DNA of 64,000 bases, taken from Takakia lepidozioides. Lineage: Eukaryota > Plantae > Bryophyta. Under the pieces are notes generated by a model. It was given only the letters and a program-made list of their open reading frames with translations. It did no database searches and was not told where the DNA came from. A program made the position numbers and the translations under genes. Of the stretch, positions 55,959-64,000 are shown one piece after another. The stretch is from contig CM060732.1 in assembly GCA_030704615.1 (NCBI GenBank), positions 40,424,001 through 40,488,000 on the forward strand, in the 5' to 3' direction. How positions within the stretch are numbered: position 1 is the stretch's first letter; every line of letters begins with the position of its first letter.

Positions 55959-56502
55959 CTCTCCCTCTCACACTCTCTAGTTCAATCTACTTACCTCTGC
56001 TCCACCATCCCTCCCTCTCTTCCTCTCTCTCCTCAAAGAAGCATTCACTAGATTATACGTGAATACTTATAGATCTTCACATACTATCTAATATGGATAC
56101 GGAATATACATAAATACGTATACGTACATAGAGAAGTAGAGCTCTTGAAAGCCTAGTAGCAGGAACGAAAGAGAAAGTCCTGTTGCAAGAATCTGGCGTC
56201 AGCAACTCGCAATGCTTGACTGTGAATGATTTGCAGTTCATTGATGATCCTCTGCATGATCTTCGCATCTCTTCTTGTGAGAAATTTATGAAATGTTTGC
56301 AGTATTTTGGAGGAAACCTTCAGTAAGTTGTCGAGTGGGCTAATAAGCATCTGGCTAGATTCAGTGATATGACCGGGTCCATTCATTGCACAAGCATTTG
56401 CAAGGTTGAAGCACGAGCTAAGATCGGATGGTAATTGCAGCATCTTGTCAACTCGGTTGCTTCTTCTTGTGCTGCTGAGCGTGCCGCATTGGTCGAAACG
56501 CC

Positions 56503-59500
56503 ATGGGCAAGCCCGGATCATGGAGGCGAGTAGAGCTTGTATGTCTAGTGGCGTACGCAGTGGCGTTCGAGGGCTTTGTCATCTGGCGTTCTGCCATGGT
56601 TTCAACAGGTCCGGTTGGGTTTCTCTCTTTGTTCAGCTGCTTTGCGCGCTTTTGTGGTTACAGCAACCCTTTCTGAGGACTGGAAAGGTTTAACAAGAGA
56701 GAATTGATTGTGTTGTTTACAACCATTGCTGGAATACTTGCGGCAGCTTTATATGCCTTTGAAGATGAGAAAAATTCTGGCTTTCACAGGGTTTTAAGTG
56801 AGCATCTAGTTGTGTGAAGTTCTGGAGCAGTACCACGTTTTAGACATTGTCTTGTTAGATCTTTCCTTCAAATTGATTTCAGCCCCAAGGAGAGTCAGAA
56901 TTGTGGTTGGTGTGCGAATGATCGAGTGTGCTGCAGAGTATGGAAGTGGCCATAAAGCGGGATGGCTGTATGGATTGAAACCAGGGTGGATTAGTCACCG
57001 ACAAATGGTATTTTACTCAGCCTCTACCAAAGCTTCTCACTAAAGATGGAGACTGCTGAAATTTTGTGTCAAGTTGTTTGACAATTTTGAAATCCAGAGG
57101 CAGCCACCAAACTGTGATTGGCAGGGAGGTCCTAAACCTCAAACTATAGCCTGTCTCAGGCAATCTGCACTCCTGTAATCCTCATGCAATCCTGTACCCA
57201 CACACATACTCCAAAAGCTAGCCTGCCTCTTTGGACATGTCATTTGTCCATCCTGTGATGTATGTCTATATGCAATATCAAAGCATACTGTGTCCATCCT
57301 GGGACAGCTGCACTGAAGTGGGCTTTCTGACCAGGATCTGTCTGACAGTCAATGGCGTACGTTTCGGGCTGCCTTACCTGCGCTGACAGCTGTTATGGGG
57401 CTATTCACTGTTATGAGCGGAGGCATGAGGGCTAGACTGCACTTGGCAGGTAGAGGAATGGGGTGGTTTTGGCTTCTCGCATCATTGGTGTACGTTGTCT
57501 ACCTGCATGGAGCCTGGTGAGAATCTTTCTCTGCCCATCTGTTACTTTGCCATTGTGAGATGGTAGCTCCCTAGATGGTTGGCCATTGGGCATTGCTGCT
57601 AAGTGCCTTGTCATGACTGTGTGAGGTTGTCCCAGTAACTGGAATGACAATTGGACAGGAGTTTGAAGTAAACTCTTGCCCAACATACTCTCTCTTTCTC
57701 TCGCTCTTCCTTCCCCAGTCACTTTCCAGCCACTGCAATCCTGCATCTGTACCACTTACGATCTTTAGAGGCAAGGGGGGAAGTTTTTCCGATAAAGGAA
57801 AGGGGAAATTGTCTCTGCTTGTAAATGCATGACTTGCAATGGGATACAAAAACCCACTTAGTTTTGCATTGCAAGGACATATTCTCTGCATCTATGTCAC
57901 CTAAGAAAGTGGTTTGTTTTCCAGGTATGTGGTCTGACATAATTGATCCTTGGCATGGCAGTGTTGTGTTTATTTTGGCCATTGGTCTCGGTAACTTCGC
58001 ATTTGTCAAGGTGTTCTTTTCTCCTTCTACATTGCATAGGTGTGCAATAGAACTGATAGAGTGGTCCTTGCTCCCCAACCTTTATATTATCCTCACTGCT
58101 CTGTTCATCCCTCTCCTCCAGCACCTGTTCCTTCACACGGTTTAGTGGCCGATCTCAGATGATTATTGCCTGTCATGTGATGGCAGCTATTAGGAGGGAC
58201 ACATGCATTGCCTGTTATGCTGTGGATGTACAATCTGGCATTTCTTGTTGGCAATCGAATCTTTGAAGGCTACCAGTTTGCTTCATTTGGGTAAGGACAC
58301 GTGTCGGCTAGATGTTGTATACTGTGTATTCTGCCCCACAGATCAGAGCCATTTTTGTGGGGGGTGAATCTGGCCTGCCTCTTATTATGTCACAGCACTT
58401 CTGACTAGGTTGTCTTGCTCACAATTAATTTTGTGATATCCTACACCCTTGTGTGGTCCATTATACTCTCATCCCTGAGATGTGTGTGCCTTAATACCTT
58501 ATGCTGTAGATAATTGTGATCAATATATCTAGTTGGATAGATTCTAGAATAGATAGGGGTGCAGTCTGATAGAAATCGTGATCAATCTATCTATTTGTGT
58601 TTTTCATCTCTGTGCTTCACTGACCATAGGGTGGTAGATTTGCTACTTTGCTGTTGGAAGGGGCTTTTCTTCCAAATGTCTTTATCAACAGCACACAATG
58701 CAACAACCTGCATATGATCGATTTTGTTTGAAGTTTTGCGCTTTGAATGTTGCCAGGAAACATTTTGCCTATTTGGATGATCACAGAGGAGCCATGCGAT
58801 GGCATATCAGCTTTAATATGGGTGCGTCACTTTTTGGTTGTTTCGAGGTTATTGCTGTCGGGTGGTGGGTCATTGCCAGAGTCTCAGGAATTTTATCAGA
58901 TATGACTGAGCAAAACTTCAAATTGAATCATATTTGTTTCCCATACTCGGAACTATGGAAATATCTTAAATCAAATCTGTTTTGTGATTATTTCAAAGGG
59001 TACTTTTTATGGACAAGCAATCTAAAAACAAATTGGGCTCATGAATTCTTCCTCTCTCAGGATGACCAGCTGCAGCACACTAATGTTAGTCAAAATGCTT
59101 TGCATTTGGGGAAGAGGGGTTGCAGTGATGTTGCGAATGGTGAGCTATGGGCTCGACTACCATTGGGCCCGGATATCTCGGCCTTCCACTGTGAATTGGG
59201 AGGTCCGTCTCTTCTCCGCCCCTCCATGGTGAGCTGGGACGTTCATTGTAGTGCTCTCTCTTGGCACTTTACAGTATTCATTTTCTGATACACTGTCTGG
59301 GGTTCTCTCACCAAAGAGACGCTCTCTTCAAATCTATTAAGGGAATTGTGCCTGTACCCCTGTTTACCAACTTTGAAAGTCTCGAGGCTGAGCCAAAAGC
59401 CCAGGCCCTCCTGAGGCCTAGTTTTTGGGCAAATCACACACAGCAGATTGATGCTTGTGTGAAGGGATTTCTAGAGGATATCTGGAAAACCCGGATTAAT

Positions 59501-62500
59501 TCTTTATATGGAGGTAAGTCTTACTACCAATGTCAGCCCCTGACAGAGGTAGGTTCTGTCCCTTTTGTTCCCGCTCAAACTGGGCGCGGGGTCAATGGCC
59601 ACAAGGCTACGGCAAACAACGTCTTATGAGTACAATCTCTTGGCACTTTCTGTAGGCTGATCTTGGGGACGTGTAAACGTAAGCAATCTAGACTGGTCTT
59701 CATTTTGAGACATTGGATACCACAATGGTTGTTGAATTGTTTCCTGCATTCTAGCAGGAAGTGGCGGTGCTGAAGAAGCCAATGATTGCTGCTTTAGTTG
59801 CCACTTCTCAAGAAGGACATCTGTAATGTTTGTACCTACGCTAGGCTTTGTGGGGAACTGGACCACAAAATTTTCATTCTCCATCTCTCTCCCCGGTCCC
59901 ATCTGCCTGGGGCATTGTTTCCATAGACCACTGTGGGGCTTTACTTGGGTGCTACTTCTCTTACAGATTTTTGTAGAGGGTTTCCCTCAAGAAGCAACAT
60001 GATGTAATTGGAACCTGTAGTACTGTTGTACTGGCATGACCAGCTGCAGCAAACATAGATAGTGGAAATGGCTTCTTACAGACGTGTGCGTCATTGGATG
60101 GGATTGGCATGGCAGAAGCACATGCGACACTGCAGCCTCTGTCAATCTGGGGTTTCTTGTTATGTCTCCCGACAGGTACAGCTTGGGCTGATGGAAAGCT
60201 GTATGATTGTTGTTTTGATGGCAAACTGTGTGTTTGACGCATGGGCTGCATACTCATTGCTTTTGCATGAGACCAATGTGCAATGCCATTTCACCAGCTC
60301 TTTTTGTGTGGATCTCTCTGCAATAGGCCCTGTTAGTCCTTGGGCTTCGAAGACAGCCACATAAATGTGTGGGATGAGTTCAGTTTCTGCTCCATACAGT
60401 TTAATGTGATTGTGTACAAAACCTTGCGTCATTTTGCGTAGTGGAAAGATGGACAAGCTGCTATATGTGAACTCCCTTCTCAGATGAGCCCCTTGTTTTT
60501 CCCAGGAAAAGGCACTATCATCAGACGAATACAATCTTGTGACCTACTTGGCATACATCCTATATGCACCCTTGTATTTGGCTGGGCCCATCATCTCCTT
60601 CAATGCGTTTGCCTCACAGGTTTCCCATTCATCTACTGCTGTTGTTATTCAGAAAGTGGGAGTGCTGACCTGCGTCAGCTCTTTCTCTGGTATCAATATC
60701 TCCTTCAATGCGAATTTCCGCACTTAGCTGTTTGAGGCCACCTATTAGCAGACTCATTGTGCCTTGTCGTTCTTTTACCAAATTGGATATTGGTCTGGTT
60801 GATGATTCTTGTGTAGCTGGAGACACCACAGAAAAGCTACAACCGAAGGCAGATAGCATCATATGGACTGAGGTGGCTGGCTTGCTTTTTGCTCATGGAG
60901 CTCCTCACCCACTTTTGCTACTTCAACTCGTTGGCCATCAGGTAATATTGTCTGGCTAATAGTGGAGGGAGTGGAGGAAGGCTACTTGATTATCGTACCA
61001 TGGTATGGAAGAGCACAATATGATGTAATCTGTTCTCATGATACAGTCAAGGCAGCCTAGAGGCTTCTACTGTAGAGGCTGATACTCAACCCCTCCAATC
61101 TGCAAATGTCTTTTGCTTATTAACTTTGGGCTTCTGGTGCTCCAGTGGGGTTTGGCAAATGCTATCACCGACAGAAATCTTTATCGTCGGTTATGGGGTA
61201 CAACACAGCTTCTGTCTCTCTTGTTCTACTCATCTCATGGGTCCCTACGGATGTTATAGTTTCTCTCTTTCTATTACAGCTGTTTTCTATTGCAGAAAAG
61301 ATCTAAGCTACTATGTACTGAAGTTCTCATACCATTGTAGGCGTATAAAGTGTTTTCAGGCCATCAGTTGTACGCTTTCAGATCTCTGCTTCCACGTATA
61401 CCCACTTTCTTGAAGCCTTTAGGGCCTCTTGTTTCTGGATTTTGCAGGTGCTGAACTTCATGTGGCTCAAATTTCTCCTTATATGGCGCTTTTTCCGGTT
61501 CTGGGCCCTGGTTAGTGGAGCCCACAACTGCTTTCCTCTTCATTAGATGTGGTATGAGGTTTACCAAGACAATTTTTCTTACGTCCTCCACTTTGATTCT
61601 CCTATCTTCTTTAAAGCTCCCTAGGCTTTTGTAGGCAATGGCTGGTAATTTTGCAGATCTGGCTTTGAGAGGCTCTGAGAACCCATCGCAGATTGACTGA
61701 CAAAGTAAGAGGGGTTGTGGTTGTGGTTTTGATGTTCCTATAGGTCGGTGGAATTGAGGTGCCAGAAAATATGGTGCGCTGTGTGAACAATTGCTGTGAT
61801 ATAGAAGGCTTTTGGAAGAGTTGGCATGCCTCTTATAATCGCTATCTTGTGAGGTGTACATCCATCCCTTGAGCACACAACTGATAAGAGATGAGCCCCA
61901 GCCTGTATCTCCCTCTCCTCTCTCTGTCTCTTGCGTCCTACCAATTGCAATCCAGGTTTCAGGGAGAAATATCGCCAAGCACAAGGTGTAGCACACATGT
62001 CACCACAACATGGAGAGCTGTAGAGCCCTGAATAGGTGGCTGAATACATGCAGTCATTCTGTATATTCATTAGTACGTATGACTCGAGGTTAAATCATCA
62101 TAGATTGCGTATGGATGAGTTATCTCATTTCCGATTTAAATCGATTATCATGATGTTTAGCCTTGGTGGCAGATACAACTGATGTCCTTTATCCATGTAG
62201 TACTCCCAGCTTCTTGGCAATGCCGGAGTTCATGTTCATCCAGGTGTAGGATGCTAGTGAAGTCAATGACTGAATTTAACTTTAATGCTCAGAATGGTGA
62301 TATCTGGGGATTTAATATTTGAAGAAGTTGGATGTCAATTTGCTGTTCAGTTGGGCTAGAGAAGTATGATTTTCGAGTTCATGTACATACACTTCCTCTC
62401 TTGCTGGGCATTAAACCTTCCTTTCTTCTCTTTGTGGGTGGTTTTATATTTATTCCTTGGCCCCTTTGGCCTGGACACAAATATTGGTCATCCGCAATCA

Positions 62501-64000
62501 TCTCCTGGTGTAGGTAATTTTAGCCTCTGTGATGTATTCTACTGCTGTCATAACCAATGTTAGCAGGCAATATCGATCACTCCGAAGCAGGTGGATGGTT
62601 CTTGGTATGAAATAAAGCATTTAGCAGGTGTAGTCATGCTTCCCCAAGATGATTGTTGTCCAAAACTTCAGTTGTAAGTTTGCACTGAAGTTTTTTTCTG
62701 ACCCTTTGTATTTGATGGTGGTCTGCAAGGTATTTGTATATTCCTCTTGGGGGAGCGAAGTGGAGGTTGGTCAATGTGTGGTTAATCTTCACATTTGTGG
62801 CACTTTGGCATGATATTGAGTGGTAAGCTATGATCTTAAGCACTTTGTTGGGTGGGGGAGGGAGAGTGTGTGTGTCCGAAAACCCCATTGACGATGAAGT
62901 GCCTCATGCAAATAAGCTGCTAAGCACTCATGGCCCTCAAGGCCACTGCCAACAACAGACAATCCCTTCAAGTATTTCCTGCTGATCTCATACCATCCAC
63001 AACCAAAGAAAAATGATGTCCTGTCTCCACTTCTTGGACTAATCGCAGCCTCTTTAGTGGTTGTGCCAACAGGGGTGTCTAGCAATTCAGCTTTGTATGC
63101 TTCTCATTTGTGACCATAATGTACATCCAGACCTCATTTTTGTGCAGGAAGCTTTTATCATGGGCGTGGGTGACATGTGTGCTTTGGGCTCCTGAGTTAC
63201 TGGCCAAGTCATTGATGAGCTCCCCTAGGGTTGGTTATTCAATCAAGTCTCCCATCTAGTTTATTTAGTTTTCTGTCTTTAATAGTCACACATTGCCAGT
63301 ACGACAGTGTCGGTACAGGAAGTCTATCTATATTTAACCTGGATTCACTATTTCTTCTACAAGATGTCCAGACCACCCAAGGAAGGGAAACCACTGGTGG
63401 ATGGGCTAAAAACACTCCGTGGCTTGTGTATGCCAGATGAGCAGTTTCAAGAAATCTCAAGCTTTCAGGGAATGCTGCGCAGTGGCGGGTTCACTGAACA
63501 TCACTGGCCTTATGGTGGGTGATTTGACACCATACATTCTTCGCATTGTGCAGTCGAATTGTTTTGTTATCAAGTTCACTCCTCTTCACTGCTTGATGAA
63601 TCCCAGCTGCTAGTTTAGTCAACTTCCCTAGACCCATCCAGTGTCTTTGTTGTAGCAGAAGGGCACCAAGAACATGTACTTGCTCCTTTCAGTTCATCTT
63701 CTTTAGGCCAGTTTGCTCCAGCCTAGCTGCCTAATACATCTTCATGCAAAGCGTGTAAGTGTTTTCAGTTTTAGTGGCAATGCAAAACAACTGAAAGCAA
63801 CTGTTTGTTTTCAGTTGACAGTGTCACAAAGTTTTTCCCTCCTTCAGTCTGTGAAGAAGTAAGGTGCTCACTTGGAATTGGCTGCATTTGCTGCAGATGG
63901 CAAACCTAGTGGGTTTTGTGGTGGGTCCGGCAGGCATACGCTTGCTAGCTTCCAGATTGATCTCCATCCAAAGTACTTTCACCCCACTCATCACTCCTTT
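56503..64000 (+). CDS. Membrane-bound O-acyltransferase, GUP1/HHAT-like (>=17 exons; continues off the right edge)
   Basis: Exons give [105 protein letters not shown]...[32 protein letters not shown] (catalytic His) and [11 protein letters not shown], with GT-AG junctions. Confidence 0.93.
59271..59635 (+). mobile_element. 5'-truncated LINE insertion in an MBOAT intron
   Basis: Colinear with 53695..54034 and flanked by a perfect 14-bp TSD TCTCTTGGCACTTT (59257-59270 and 59636-59649). Confidence 0.92.

Overview
Eukaryotic nuclear DNA from a land plant, most consistent with a non-seed plant such as a bryophyte. This is inferred from GT-AG introns, a PLS-DYW PPR expansion and the TE types; the species cannot be fixed from sequence alone. 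The left ~35 kb is gene-dense. It holds three paralogous PLS-class PPR loci: one partial at the window edge, one decayed 5'-truncated inverted copy carrying a tRNA-derived SINE, and one intact 893-aa DYW RNA-editing factor. It also holds an unidentified Cys-rich locus, a C2H2 zinc-finger remnant, chloroplast MENG, an OSB-like remnant, COG1, a DPH5 pseudogene and a Raf-like protein kinase. From ~35 to 54 kb is an AT-rich TE graveyard: MITEs including a TTAA-flanked piggyBac-like element, an inverted pair of LTR-like fragments, a Copia remnant, a Ty3/Gypsy element whose integrase ends in a PHD finger, and a decayed LINE. The right end has an intronless METAXIN gene head-to-head with a multi-exon GUP1/HHAT-like MBOAT gene that runs off the window. 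The most notable candidates are the PHD-finger Gypsy integrase, the piggyBac-like element in a plant, and a single-motif PPR gain/loss between adjacent paralogs. All calls come from manual reading and recalled family motifs; no searches were run, and exon edges are approximate unless stated.
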